DNA of 64,000 bases from Candidatus Nitrosomirales archaeon (GCA_049199595.1 JBMCYV010000004.1:32350-96349); one strand, 5' to 3'; counted from the first letter of the stretch, positions 44,558 to 54,356 are shown. The notes: generated by a model from the letters alone, not told the origin. Made by a program: numbers and translations.

Positions 44558-45835
44558 TCACCTTATGTCTCGAGGATCTGTTATCTTGCCCGTTACTGCC
44601 GATGCCGCAACTACCTTTGGAGATGCAAGATAAGTTTTCGATTCTACGTGACCCATCCTGCCTGGAAAGTTTCTGTTTGTTGTGCTAACGCACACTTCGT
44701 CTTTGGCAAGAACGCCCATGTGTGCACCGCAGCATGCTCCACACGTCGGCGGTCCGATCACTGCTCCAGCTTCCATGAATATGTTTATCAGACCTTCTTT
44801 TAATGCACGCATGTAGATGTTTTGAGCCGCTGGCAGGACTTCCATTCTAACTTTTGTCTTCCTGCCCTTTATTACACGTGCAGCTTCCAACAGATCATTA
44901 TACTTTGCTCCTGTACACGAACCAATGTATGCCTTGTCGATTGGAACGTTACTCAACTCTCTTGCAGTAGAAATATTTGCAGGCGAGAATGGTTTTGCGA
45001 CTGTTGGTTCAAGTTTGTCAACCTCATAGGTATGAATGTCAACATATTTCGCATCCTTATCACCGACTACCGCCGTGAAAGGAGCATCGGTTCTTTCCTT
45101 CACATAATCTATTGTCTTTTGATCAGGCTCTATGATGCCGTTCTTGGCGCCAGCTTCTGTTGTCATGTTGGTTAATGTGAGACGTTCCTCCATAGGCATT
45201 TCGCTAATTGCAGAGCCAGCAAACTGTATTGCCTTGTAATTACCAACATCAGTACCGTGGTCTGCAATTATTTTTAGTATCACGTCCTTTGCCATTACGT
45301 AAGATGGTAATTCGCCTTCCAAATTGAATAAAATAGTTTCTGGTACCTTGAACCAGATCTTGCCATTAAGCAGAACATACGCAACATCAGTATGACCCAT
45401 TCCTGTTGCAAAACAGCCAAGCGCACCCGTTGTGTTTGTATGTGAATCGCCGCCGACATAAACTTCGCCTGGAAGCACAAGCGCCTCTTCATGCGATAAC
45501 GTATGGCAAATACCATACTGACCAAGACCGTACTTGAAGTGTTTGTTAATGTTGAATTTCTTCACAAAATTCTGAACCATCACTATATTTTCTGCAGCGA
45601 GTTTGTCTACTGCAGGCACGAAATGATCCTCTGCGACCCAGACCCTGCTTGGATCCCAGATCTTCTCTACCTTTCTGCCCTTCTTTTCGAGCTCTTTGAA
45701 TACTGTCATAACACCAGGACCGGAAACATCATGAAGCATGACCTTGTCTACCTTGGCAAACACAACATCGTCTGGAGATACTCTATCCTTGCCAGATGCT
45801 CTAGCAAGTATTTTTTCAGTTATAGTCATGCCCAA
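44558..45835 (-). CDS. leuC: aconitase-family dehydratase large subunit (LeuC/HacA type)
   Basis: 425 aa. Fe-S cluster cysteines in GSCTGA and CGACCG, GDSHT. Confidence 0.9.
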   Translation of the reverse strand: MGMTITEKILARASGKDRVSPDDVVFAKVDKVMLHDVSGPGVMTVFKELEKKGRKVEKIWDPSRVWVAEDHFVPAVDKLAAENIVMVQNFVKKFNINKHFKYGLGQYGICHTLSHEEALVLPGEVYVGGDSHTNTTGALGCFATGMGHTDVAYVLLNGKIWFKVPETILFNLEGELPSYVMAKDVILKIIADHGTDVGNYKAIQFAGSAISEMPMEERLTLTNMTTEAGAKNGIIEPDQKTIDYVKERTDAPFTAVVGDKDAKYVDIHTYEVDKLEPTVAKPFSPANISTARELSNVPIDKAYIGSCTGAKYNDLLEAARVIKGRKTKVRMEVLPAAQNIYMRALKEGLINIFMEAGAVIGPPTCGACCGAHMGVLAKDEVCVSTTNRNFPGRMGHVESKTYLASPKVVAASAVTGKITDPRDIR

Positions 45836-45890
45836 AATACATCACTTACTATTCAGCGTGGCGATTAACCAATTAAAATGTTTTCTTGCA

Positions 45891-46172
45891 TTATAGAGTG
45901 ACTTTAAGCAGAACGCTTAGCCCTGCCAGCTCCACAATGTCTATGGCAAAAAGATATGGCAGTATTGCTTCTGCAAAGAATGGAGCCATTGCGACATATG
46001 AGTATATGCCAATCGCGTTCTGAACCAGCAAGAGCGAAGCAAAGAAGATCAACCCTAAAGTGAATTGCGCTTTGGAACTACTGTAGGTTCTTCCATACAA
46101 AACTAGCAAACCTATCAATACGGCAACGTTGGCAGCGCATACAACGGCACTTGCATCCATGATTATTGACAT
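45891..46172 (-). CDS. small membrane protein (3 TM)
   Basis: 93 aa, hydrophobic throughout. Downstream of the ArsR-like gene on the same strand. Confidence 0.55.
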   Translation of the reverse strand: MSIIMDASAVVCAANVAVLIGLLVLYGRTYSSSKAQFTLGLIFFASLLLVQNAIGIYSYVAMAPFFAEAILPYLFAIDIVELAGLSVLLKVTL

Positions 46173-46200
46173 TCATGAAACCTCCTTCGAATTAGCATAT

Positions 46201-46497
46201 TTACTTTTTTCCAATTTTGTTACATATCTCCTCGAATGCATCCATATTTACTTCCAGATACGGAGAAATGAAAAATAACACGCCGTACTTTTCACCCTGT
46301 TTTACGATGAGATTATTTTTGGTCAACACGTCTAGATGATGCTGTATAGCTTTGTAGTCAAGCCCCATGGCTTCTGCCAGTTGATTCGTGTTGTAAGGCT
46401 TTTCCTTCAAGAACATGATTATCTTTATCCTGTTCTCTCCGCCACGTGCGCCAGCAAAAAGGTACCAAAAAAGTCTCTTTGCGCTTGGATCTGGCAT
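46201..46497 (-). CDS. ArsR-family winged-helix transcriptional regulator
   Basis: 98 aa. RIKIIMFLKEKPYNTNQLAEAMGLDYKAIQHHLDVLTKNNLI. Confidence 0.7.
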   Translation of the reverse strand: MPDPSAKRLFWYLFAGARGGENRIKIIMFLKEKPYNTNQLAEAMGLDYKAIQHHLDVLTKNNLIVKQGEKYGVLFFISPYLEVNMDAFEEICNKIGKK

Positions 46498-46595
46498 TGC
46501 ATTACCTCCATTACGCTATAATTTAAAGGGATTTGGATCTAATTTGGATATAAACTTGAAAAATCATTAAATGCAAAAATCAGAATACTGCATGC

Positions 46596-48032
46596 ATGAA
46601 GAAAATAAAGACAGCTGGGCTTGCAATAGCAATATCAGTTCTTGGACTAGCAATCGTACCACTAACATGGCAAGTAAACGCAGCCATGGAAGATAGCATG
46701 ATGGCACAAAAGCTTACAAAGACAAACATTCCTGTGACCTTGCCTTTAACAAGAGGCTTTGTCGATGGGTCCGAAGTATTCTACATCTCAACAGAAGCCT
46801 CGGATGAGGAACTAGCAGATCACTTGACAGAGGTTACTGGCTCAAGAGTTGCCTTTACACAGGCTCTACAGAGAACACCGGAAGGATCACTTGCAAATAT
46901 CTACGCATTTGCAAATGGTATCAAAGGCACTGGCCCTCTAGGATTCCAACCAAACGTAGCTGATTCTCAACCGGGTGACGCGGAGTACAGTCCATTATGG
47001 AAAGTCAACATGGTAGAATGGAGACAAGGAGTTACTCCAAGAGAACTGACCTCAGAAGCTGACATACTTAGTGCCCAATCCAGTGACGAGTTGACCATTA
47101 CACCTACAAAACTAGTTGTCAACTGTCCATTCGTAAAGTGGAATGGTGGTCAGCTTCAGATAAGGAGCGACAAGACGCTTACTGATGAAACACCATATGG
47201 TCCTGGACAGGTGCTGAGTATCGATACAGAAAAAATGGAAGTTACGTTCGTTGCACATCGGGGATTCGCTCCTGATGGCAAAACGATCTACTACATAGTA
47301 ACTGATGCCTCGGTCAAAGAAGTGGCAGATGCCTTAGGAGTTATATTCGTAGAAAAGACAAAAACAACCTTGGCCACTAGTGCTGCCTCTGACCTATTTG
47401 TATTTACAAATGGAATCAAAGGTAGTGGTCCAATGGGATTTCAGGCAAGTATTGCATCGACAGACGTAGGTAACGCATTCTATAGCCCGTTGTGGAGGAT
47501 ACTCGTCGTGACTTGGAAGGACACGTCACAAGCTGACTTTCTGACCAAACAATCTGAGATTACATCCGCTGCATCTTCTGGAAAACTTACTACAGACGTT
47601 GCAGGTGTAGTAGTCAATTGCCCATTCGTAGTAGTAAATGAAGACAAGATGATGGATAAAATGATGAAAGAACGCGTATTCTTGAAAGGTGACTTGACTT
47701 CCCCTAAAGGTGACAACCCGTTTGGTGGGAATCATGTAGGCACATACATGCTCGGAGCAAAAGATGAAAACTCGGTAAGGATCATAGCTAGGGTACAGAC
47801 CAACCCATCTGAAGGTAATGTGTTGGAAGGTTGGTTAGTTGACATGCAGAGTGGATACAAATTGAGCACAGGACAGCTTAGTGTAGGGAATAACCTCGTC
47901 TTCATGCAAAGGATCGTTAATCCATGGATTTACGATCTGATCGTTATAACTGAAGAGCCTGTAAACGATACAGATCCAAACCCACACATGCCCATTGGTG
48001 GAGTCCAGCTTTCAGAACCGTTCGGACAATAA
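46596..48032 (+). CDS. secreted hypothetical protein with tandem domain duplication
   Basis: Signal peptide. Two about 180-aa repeats, each containing ...IYAFANGIKGTGPLGFQ...YSPLW...VVNCPFV. Confidence 0.65.
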   Translation: MKKIKTAGLAIAISVLGLAIVPLTWQVNAAMEDSMMAQKLTKTNIPVTLPLTRGFVDGSEVFYISTEASDEELADHLTEVTGSRVAFTQALQRTPEGSLANIYAFANGIKGTGPLGFQPNVADSQPGDAEYSPLWKVNMVEWRQGVTPRELTSEADILSAQSSDELTITPTKLVVNCPFVKWNGGQLQIRSDKTLTDETPYGPGQVLSIDTEKMEVTFVAHRGFAPDGKTIYYIVTDASVKEVADALGVIFVEKTKTTLATSAASDLFVFTNGIKGSGPMGFQASIASTDVGNAFYSPLWRILVVTWKDTSQADFLTKQSEITSAASSGKLTTDVAGVVVNCPFVVVNEDKMMDKMMKERVFLKGDLTSPKGDNPFGGNHVGTYMLGAKDENSVRIIARVQTNPSEGNVLEGWLVDMQSGYKLSTGQLSVGNNLVFMQRIVNPWIYDLIVITEEPVNDTDPNPHMPIGGVQLSEPFGQ

Positions 48033-48075
48033 TCATCCTTCTTTCTTTTTTTACAAAACAACATTAAAGTATGGA

Positions 48076-48861
48076 ATGAGAACTTCCAGTCTCGTGAATG
48101 TAGAATTAATACCAGTCAAGGTCAACCCCATGAAGGATAAGTTCGATCTGTTTCAGACGATCCTCCAGAATATCGAGGAGAACAAACAGCATGTATCAGA
48201 TGGTGACATTGTTGCTGTGTCAAGCAAGTTCGTCTCAATGAGTCAGGGATCGTTGGTTGAACTGGACAAGATCAAACCAAGCAAACAAGCGTCGGAAGTT
48301 GCAGAAAAGCTTAGCATGGATGCTAGACTTGCTGAACTGGTATTAAGGGAATCAGATTTCATGTTTAGCGGTGTTCCAGGTTTCATTCTTGCAGTAAAAG
48401 ATGGTGTAATTGCTCCCAATGCTGGCATAGACAGATCCAATGTGCAACATGGATATGCTATTCTGCACCCAAGAGAACCGTTCAAAGTTGCAGAAATTCT
48501 AAGGCGTGAGTTTTTGAGTCATGTCGGAAAAAAAGTTGGCATCGTTATAACTGACAGCAGGTTGATGCCGACAAGGATAGGAACCATCGGAATCGCGATC
48601 GCAGCAGCAGGCTTTGAGCCGGTGCAGGATCTGCGGGGAACCAAGGATCTGTTTGGCAACACCTTGCGGGTCACACTAAAGGCTACGGCTGATAGTATAG
48701 CAACTGCAGCCAACATGATCATGGGCGAGAGTAATGAATCCATACCTATTGTATTAGTTCGAAATCTAGAAGTTGCTATGAGTGACAGAGCGCTGGATTG
48801 GAAAGATCTTGCAATACCCTCCGAGCAGTGCATTTACGTAAGAGGCTTGAGAGACGTATAG
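48076..48861 (+). CDS. cofE: CofE-like F420-0:gamma-glutamyl ligase family protein (copy 2)
   Basis: DGDIVAVSSKFVSMSQG, NAGIDRSNV, TDSRLMPTRIGTIGIAIAAAG, DLRGTKDLFGN. Start moved to Met 48076 to avoid overlap with the upstream gene. Confidence 0.75.
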   Translation: MRTSSLVNVELIPVKVNPMKDKFDLFQTILQNIEENKQHVSDGDIVAVSSKFVSMSQGSLVELDKIKPSKQASEVAEKLSMDARLAELVLRESDFMFSGVPGFILAVKDGVIAPNAGIDRSNVQHGYAILHPREPFKVAEILRREFLSHVGKKVGIVITDSRLMPTRIGTIGIAIAAAGFEPVQDLRGTKDLFGNTLRVTLKATADSIATAANMIMGESNESIPIVLVRNLEVAMSDRALDWKDLAIPSEQCIYVRGLRDV

Positions 48862-48927
48862 CCTATGTGAAGTAACTCGATTTATCTAGTATAATGTAGC
48901 ACATGGTTTTAATACAGCAGGCAAAGA

Positions 48928-49488
48928 ATGCTTGACGTGAGCGATTACTCCTTACTGTATCCGAAGACAGTTGGGCTGATGCAAGGGCTTATGCACTTCA
49001 TCAAGCGAGATGAGATTGAGAAAGAGTCTCTGTACCTCGTGGTACGAAATAATGCTGAGGATATCATACGTATCCTGCGTTCTGAAGGTTTTCATAAGCT
49101 GCACTTTTGCGAATTCAAGAAACCAACGCAGATAGGTAGCGGGTTTACAAAGATGCTCACTAAGGGATGGGAGATGCACGTTAGGCTTATCGATATGAAG
49201 GAAGGTTGGATTGCCATTCAAGGCGAGGTTGAAATTTCAAGGCGATACATCCAGCATATGTTCAGCCAGAGGTCGCCTGTTGTGCATGAACTTGCGGAAA
49301 TGCTAAAGAAGAACGGCATTGATTATAAGATATGGAATGAGAAACTGAACGAATACGTCTCACACATTGTCGATAACCATCACATAAACCTCAAGGGCAG
49401 AGCGGGTCTTCTGCCATGGATACCAACGTGTGTTATTGGCAGTTCCCTTGGTCTATGGTCACTTCTGAGATTTATAGGCCTTGTCTAG
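48928..49488 (+). CDS. hypothetical protein with C-terminal TM helix
   Basis: 186-aa ORF, no recognisable motif. C-terminal LLPWIPTCVIGSSLGLWSLLRFIGLV. Confidence 0.5.
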   Translation: MLDVSDYSLLYPKTVGLMQGLMHFIKRDEIEKESLYLVVRNNAEDIIRILRSEGFHKLHFCEFKKPTQIGSGFTKMLTKGWEMHVRLIDMKEGWIAIQGEVEISRRYIQHMFSQRSPVVHELAEMLKKNGIDYKIWNEKLNEYVSHIVDNHHINLKGRAGLLPWIPTCVIGSSLGLWSLLRFIGLV

Positions 49489-49523
49489 AAAAAGCTCATA
49501 ACTCTATTCTAACGAGTAATTTT

Positions 49524-50048
49524 GTGTCTGATGATGTCATACGCTTCAAGCATTCTCGATTGTCGCTAGGCGAGATAGAGATTCTGTTTAACATGCTCAG
49601 GGATCCATTCGATGTCAGCGAAGAAGCCGTAGATGTTGAGGGAGGTTATGCTGGCATGATAAGCATAGATCTACCAATAGGATACAACATGGATTTCTTC
49701 AAAACGTTTGGAATGGATCGATGGGAGAGCATCAAGGAGGTTCTCAAGAACATGAAATGGCGAAGAGGTAAGAAAGAGCTTCAATTATCTTTGCGTTTCA
49801 ACGGCAAACCAATAGTTGCGTTTTCATTAAATACAGATGACAATAAGACGTTTGGCAAGGCTCTGGAAACCTTGGAGTATCAAATGGACGTAATACTCTT
49901 CCAGATAGATGCTAAGAGATTGCCTAGCGAGGTTAGCGAGGTAAGTTATGGATTTGACAAGGACGGTTTTAGGTGGTATCCAGTAAAAGCAACTGGCGAT
50001 AATGCAGAATATCGTTTCTCAAACGATGAGTGGATAGTTCAAAAATAG
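49524..50048 (+). CDS. hypothetical protein, paralog A of 51540-52085
   Basis: Clear similarity to 51540-52085 (e.g. FFKTFGMDRWESIKEVLKNMKWRRGKK / FFQTIGRKRWDMITFLIKEMRRRTGKK and KRLPSEVSEVSYGFD / KRLPRDVSEVHYEFD). GTG start proposed, uncertain. Confidence 0.55.
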   Translation: MSDDVIRFKHSRLSLGEIEILFNMLRDPFDVSEEAVDVEGGYAGMISIDLPIGYNMDFFKTFGMDRWESIKEVLKNMKWRRGKKELQLSLRFNGKPIVAFSLNTDDNKTFGKALETLEYQMDVILFQIDAKRLPSEVSEVSYGFDKDGFRWYPVKATGDNAEYRFSNDEWIVQK

Positions 50049-50084
50049 CTAAGAATTTAAAATGTATAACGCATTGCATTATGA

Positions 50085-50564
50085 ATGGACGCAACTAAAA
50101 CAGGTTTTTTCAGTAAGTATAGAGACTATGTTCTATTCAACAAGAATCTGATAATATCTGGCGCCAGCGCAATCCTTACAAGTGCTTTGGTTGCACAGTT
50201 TTATGCTCGTTACGATACTAATGCTCTCGCGAATTCCATCGTTGCGATTGCTGCAGAATACGGAGTTTACATTCCCTTCTTCGCATTTCTTTTCTATCGT
50301 GATAATCGACATAGATACATAGACCCTTTAACTGGAAAGAGAGATTCGAAGAAGGTAAGAAATGACGTAAAGAAATTGTTCGCTACGTTTTCTATTTCCG
50401 AAATAATTTTTTCCGTAACAAGAACCTCTACTCACTATCAATTATTGCAGAGTGGTGCAGAAGCCTATCAAGCATCGATGATTGGCTCGTTGATAGCGTG
50501 GGCCGTGTTCTTCGTCTGCATCAATGCAGGCGTAAAGTTCGTAAGACTGTTCAAAAAAGTTTGA
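50085..50564 (+). CDS. hypothetical 4-TM membrane protein
   Basis: 159 aa with four hydrophobic segments. Confidence 0.55.
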   Translation: MDATKTGFFSKYRDYVLFNKNLIISGASAILTSALVAQFYARYDTNALANSIVAIAAEYGVYIPFFAFLFYRDNRHRYIDPLTGKRDSKKVRNDVKKLFATFSISEIIFSVTRTSTHYQLLQSGAEAYQASMIGSLIAWAVFFVCINAGVKFVRLFKKV

Positions 50565-50586
50565 TAAATTACTCATGGTTCTATGC

Positions 50587-50838
50587 CTATAGAAGATGTT
50601 CCAGAGCTTTCTGCACATCTCCATATTCAATAATCTTCCCGTTGATCATTGCCTCAAGAAATTTCAGAACCAGTAACTCACCAGTTGCGTTTGCTATACT
50701 CTCTGGCACTATAACGCATAGATCGTTAACTATTATTTTCACTTTCTTCTCTTTTGCACCCTTCCAGTCCTTCGGTATCCCTACATAGAACCATGAGTCG
50801 TCAGAGCTCGTAAGTTCTTGCTCATACATGTATGCCAT
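50587..50838 (-). CDS. small hypothetical protein (possibly AbrB-like)
   Basis: Internal Met start. ...WFYVGIPKDWKGAKEKKVKIIVND is weakly reminiscent of SpoVT/AbrB-type binding domains. Confidence 0.4.
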   Translation of the reverse strand: MAYMYEQELTSSDDSWFYVGIPKDWKGAKEKKVKIIVNDLCVIVPESIANATGELLVLKFLEAMINGKIIEYGDVQKALEHLL

Positions 50839-50918
50839 GCCCTTGCAAAAGATTGCTTGCCTTAAATTGTTAGTGGCTGGTGGCAAGGACTATATTTCAA
50901 AATAACTGATATTAGCAA

Positions 50919-51497
50919 GTGCGAGGAGTCGTTTACACCATCATTATAGGAGCAAGCGTACTTACTGCTTTTGTCATTGCAGTTTCTATGATCCCGCAGT
51001 CACAAACTCATCAAGAACCTAATCAAGTTTCAAGTGGCGAAAAACCATCTTTTGAACTTGGCATGTACGGAAAGACATTCTCGCATGCGGATGCCGAGCA
51101 AACGCTTGGTTACAAGATCAGACTCCCAGACTATCTGCCTGCTGGCAATGATCTTCGCATGATAAAAGTTGATGAAAAAACAAAATGGTCGTTTGTAATC
51201 TATTCCCCAGTAAACGTAGATGATTCCACAAAGGAAACAGAATTGATGCAAAACAATGGTTTCATAATTATCAATTACCCTGCACCTGAGGTTACTGATG
51301 TTGATGTTGAGATTCAAAGGCTTATAGAAAATGGCGGTAAGGAAATTCCGATGCAGAGGGTTAGAGGTGTTGGTCTAACGGATGTACCGCTAATGCCGGG
51401 ATACTCTGAAATACATTGGTGGGAAGATGGGTTGCACCACATTGTTGGAGGCAGCTTCGGATTTGCTGAACTCTCCAAGATAGTTGAATCAATGTGA
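50919..51497 (+). CDS. membrane-anchored/secreted hypothetical protein
   Basis: 192 aa. N-terminal TM helix (VYTIIIGASVLTAFVIAVSMI). GTG start. Confidence 0.55.
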   Translation: MRGVVYTIIIGASVLTAFVIAVSMIPQSQTHQEPNQVSSGEKPSFELGMYGKTFSHADAEQTLGYKIRLPDYLPAGNDLRMIKVDEKTKWSFVIYSPVNVDDSTKETELMQNNGFIIINYPAPEVTDVDVEIQRLIENGGKEIPMQRVRGVGLTDVPLMPGYSEIHWWEDGLHHIVGGSFGFAELSKIVESM

Positions 51498-51539
51498 TGA
51501 CTAAAAATCCTTAATTAGATCAGAAGCAAATTCATTATA

Positions 51540-52085
51540 ATGAGCGCGAGACGGCTTGCCTCATTCGAACATTACGGAATAGCGCCCTTCGAGGTTGAGG
51601 CTTTGTATAGTATTCTAAACGGAGTCTTCTCTGTTAAGGAAGGTGAAGCTGAAAGACCTGAAGATGATAATTATGCGTGCATGGTCGAGATCAACTTTCC
51701 CTTGGAATTCAACGAGAGCTTCTTTCAAACGATTGGACGCAAGAGATGGGACATGATAACTTTTCTTATAAAAGAGATGAGAAGGCGAACTGGCAAGAAA
51801 GGAGTGCGTTTGATATTGCACTTCACCGGTACGCCTGCATTGTCATTCACGATTAGAATGCATGACGAAAACCTTTTCGGATTCGCGTTAGAAAAACTCG
51901 AAATACTTAACGAACTCATTTCGCTACAAACAGATTCCAAAAGACTGCCTAGGGATGTCAGCGAGGTACATTATGAATTCGACACAAGCAGTACAAAATG
52001 GCATCCCAAATTGGCGTTGGGCAATGGAACACACTACAGTTATGATAACGGTGAATGGACAGCTTACAATGACGTAAGGCTATGA
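51540..52085 (+). CDS. hypothetical protein, paralog B of 49524-50048
   Basis: 181 aa. See paralog A. Confidence 0.6.
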   Translation: MSARRLASFEHYGIAPFEVEALYSILNGVFSVKEGEAERPEDDNYACMVEINFPLEFNESFFQTIGRKRWDMITFLIKEMRRRTGKKGVRLILHFTGTPALSFTIRMHDENLFGFALEKLEILNELISLQTDSKRLPRDVSEVHYEFDTSSTKWHPKLALGNGTHYSYDNGEWTAYNDVRL

Positions 52086-52520
52086 TATCTTGCCTATAGC
52101 AGAAGATTGTTCCAGAGCGTCGTGAAGTTCTTTGTACTTTTTGTCAATGAACGTCAAAGCCTCGTTTAACTTCTTTGACTTTCCGTACTTGTAACGTATA
52201 AGCTCTCTATGCCTCCAAAAGTTCTTGCCCTCGTCCATAGACAGCGTTGTAAAGTAATCAGGACCCTTGACCTTGTCTGGAAGTTTGATGTTGTAAGGAA
52301 AAAGAAATTCTACCATGAACCATTCGTCTCCATCAGGATAATCGCTGCCAGTGTCAAGATCGAAGTACATGTGAAGGTGATCGTCAGAAGTCAAACCATC
52401 TTCAGCTATACTGGGATGTTTGACACTTGATTTCCGATAACCGAGTTTGATGAGTTCAGGCTCAAAATATGCTTTAATGATTGCTTTCCTGAAGATCGCA
52501 TTTATCTCATTCAGACTCAA
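52080..52520 (-). CDS. hypothetical protein
   Basis: 146-aa ORF convergent with paralog B. No recognisable motif. Confidence 0.5.
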   Translation of the reverse strand: MSLNEINAIFRKAIIKAYFEPELIKLGYRKSSVKHPSIAEDGLTSDDHLHMYFDLDTGSDYPDGDEWFMVEFLFPYNIKLPDKVKGPDYFTTLSMDEGKNFWRHRELIRYKYGKSKKLNEALTFIDKKYKELHDALEQSSAIGKIS

Positions 52521-52647
52521 AACACAACTATCTCACTACACTATTTTATAACCTTTAGATCATTGTCTCATGAATTCATTAGGACATATTTGACGTAATT
52601 ATACGCAACAAAAAGAGAGAGAGTTTACGTAATCATTTGTCAGGGAA

Positions 52648-52818
52648 TTATGTTTTAATTGCAGCCTTGGCCTTTGCTGCCATTTCAGGAGGAATTTGGT
52701 CCATTTTATGGGCCATCTTCGCATGGATAGCTGCCATCTGCATGATTTCCTCTTCTGAGGAAGCGCCCTTGATCTCGAAATCACATTCTACACCAACATC
52801 TTTACATCTCAATTGCAT
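52648..52818 (-). CDS. DUF1059-family small protein
   Basis: Hand-translated 56 aa: MQLRCKDVGVECDFEIKGASSEEEIMQMAAIHAKMAHKMDQIPPEMAAKAKAAIKT. Matches the DUF1059 pattern (C..(V)G..C.F...G.(T)EEE......H....H). Confidence 0.65.
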   Translation of the reverse strand: MQLRCKDVGVECDFEIKGASSEEEIMQMAAIHAKMAHKMDQIPPEMAAKAKAAIKT

Positions 52819-52896
52819 ATATGATACCTAGATCATTATGCGTGTGCGTAATAATAAAGTTTTATTAGCAGACCACCAGTAGTTAGAACTCCTAAA

Positions 52897-53004
52897 ATGG
52901 CAAAGAAATTCAGCAGTCGTAAATTCAATCGAAACACAGCCCGCTCATACAGCAAGAAGATAGGGAAAGCAAAGCGATTTAGAATCAAGAGAAAGAAAAG
53001 ATGA
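52897..53004 (+). CDS. very basic micro-ORF (35 aa), hypothetical
   Basis: MAKKFSSRKFNRNTARSYSKKIGKAKRFRIKRKKR. Lys/Arg-rich like small ribosomal proteins, but unassigned. Confidence 0.3.
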   Translation: MAKKFSSRKFNRNTARSYSKKIGKAKRFRIKRKKR

Positions 53005-53006
53005 GG

Positions 53007-54356
53007 CTAGATTTTTGCGAATTCCTGCATTATCATGCTAGCATAACATACGCCTTCTAACACATTCTTTATCGCAGTAAATTCATTGGGGGCATGTATG
53101 TTTGCATATGGTGGCGAGCATCCGGTCCATACGGATTCCAATTTCAGCAATTTCGTAAACACAAAATCTGGACCAGAACCCCACATGCTAGGAAACAGAG
53201 CGGGTTTCTTGTCATATACTTCGCCAGCCGCTTTTGAAGCTGCTTTTACTATCTTTGCACTAGCATCTGTCTTCGACGGTTCAACTGTGCCAAGTTTGAA
53301 CATCTGTATATCTTCAAAACCGTTCTTGACCATATGCTTCTTCAGCTTCTTGATCAGATCGTCTGTTTTTTGATCATAAACCAATCTGCAATCAAGTTTC
53401 ACAAACGCATCGTTCGGCAATACAGTCTTGGAGCCGCCTGACGTGTAACCAGACTGAATACCTGCTATATTGCATGTAGGCTCAAAGATCAGTTTCTTCA
53501 GAGCTTCCTTGCCCTTCACACCTCCAATCATTTCCTTGAATCCGTATTCTTTCATGATCATCTTCTCATCGTATTCGAGTTTCTGCAGTAAAGAAAGATC
53601 TTCCTTGCTCGGAACCTTCACATCGTCGTACCATCCATCTACCGTTATCTTGCCGTTATCCTTCATGGTGCTCAACGCCCGGAGCAAGCGCCAAGCTGGG
53701 TTTGCAACTATAGGTGCAAGCGCAGAATGCATATCTGTTGATGCCGTCTTGCACCTCATCTCGAGGTAAAGCAGACCCTTCAAACCCATATAGATAGATG
53801 CGGAACCAGTTGGATTGAGTGAGCTGTCGAAGCAAAGACTAGCATCTGCCTTGAGCATCTGCTTGTTTGTCTTTACAAATTCGGGCAGGTTTATCGAAGA
53901 AATCTCTTCTTCGCCCTCGATCAAGAACTTCAGGTTTACGGGAGGTTCACCGTAGTTGTCAAGGAATGCCTTTGCTGCCTTTATCAGCGCAATTACATTG
54001 CCCTTCGAATCTGCTGCCCCCCGACCATGGACCTTGTTGTCAGTAACTACACCAGAGAACGGATTGTACCTCCAGTCATCCATTGGCTCAACTGGTTGCA
54101 CATCATAATGACTGTACAAGAGCAGGGTCTTTTTGCCGCTTGACTTTACCTCTCCATAGACTATTGGATTGCCATTCTTTAACTTGATAATATGACTTGT
54201 AACTCCAGAGTCACGCATTATTTCGTTAACCGCAGCTGCACACTCTTCGATGCCAACGCTCTGGGCTGAAATACTGGGATGTTTTACAAGCTTTCTTAAA
54301 TCAGTTATAATATCATCCTGATTGCTTGTTGTGTATTCTCTTAACTTGTCAAGCAT
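53007..54356 (-). CDS. M20-family metallopeptidase (ArgE/DapE/CPG2-like)
   Basis: YSHYDVQP, GRGAADSKG, EGEEE metal-ligand motifs. Start taken at the internal Met (MLDKLREY...). Confidence 0.85.
   Translation of the reverse strand: MLDKLREYTTSNQDDIITDLRKLVKHPSISAQSVGIEECAAAVNEIMRDSGVTSHIIKLKNGNPIVYGEVKSSGKKTLLLYSHYDVQPVEPMDDWRYNPFSGVVTDNKVHGRGAADSKGNVIALIKAAKAFLDNYGEPPVNLKFLIEGEEEISSINLPEFVKTNKQMLKADASLCFDSSLNPTGSASIYMGLKGLLYLEMRCKTASTDMHSALAPIVANPAWRLLRALSTMKDNGKITVDGWYDDVKVPSKEDLSLLQKLEYDEKMIMKEYGFKEMIGGVKGKEALKKLIFEPTCNIAGIQSGYTSGGSKTVLPNDAFVKLDCRLVYDQKTDDLIKKLKKHMVKNGFEDIQMFKLGTVEPSKTDASAKIVKAASKAAGEVYDKKPALFPSMWGSGPDFVFTKLLKLESVWTGCSPPYANIHAPNEFTAIKNVLEGVCYASMIMQEFAKI

Noticed and set aside
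47995-48075. Upstream extension of the cofE-like copy 2 ORF, which the track starts at 47995.
   Set aside because: The extension overlaps the end of the preceding secreted-protein gene and reads FFFYKTTLKYG, which is unlike CofE N-termini. Met at 48076 gives a normal-length protein.
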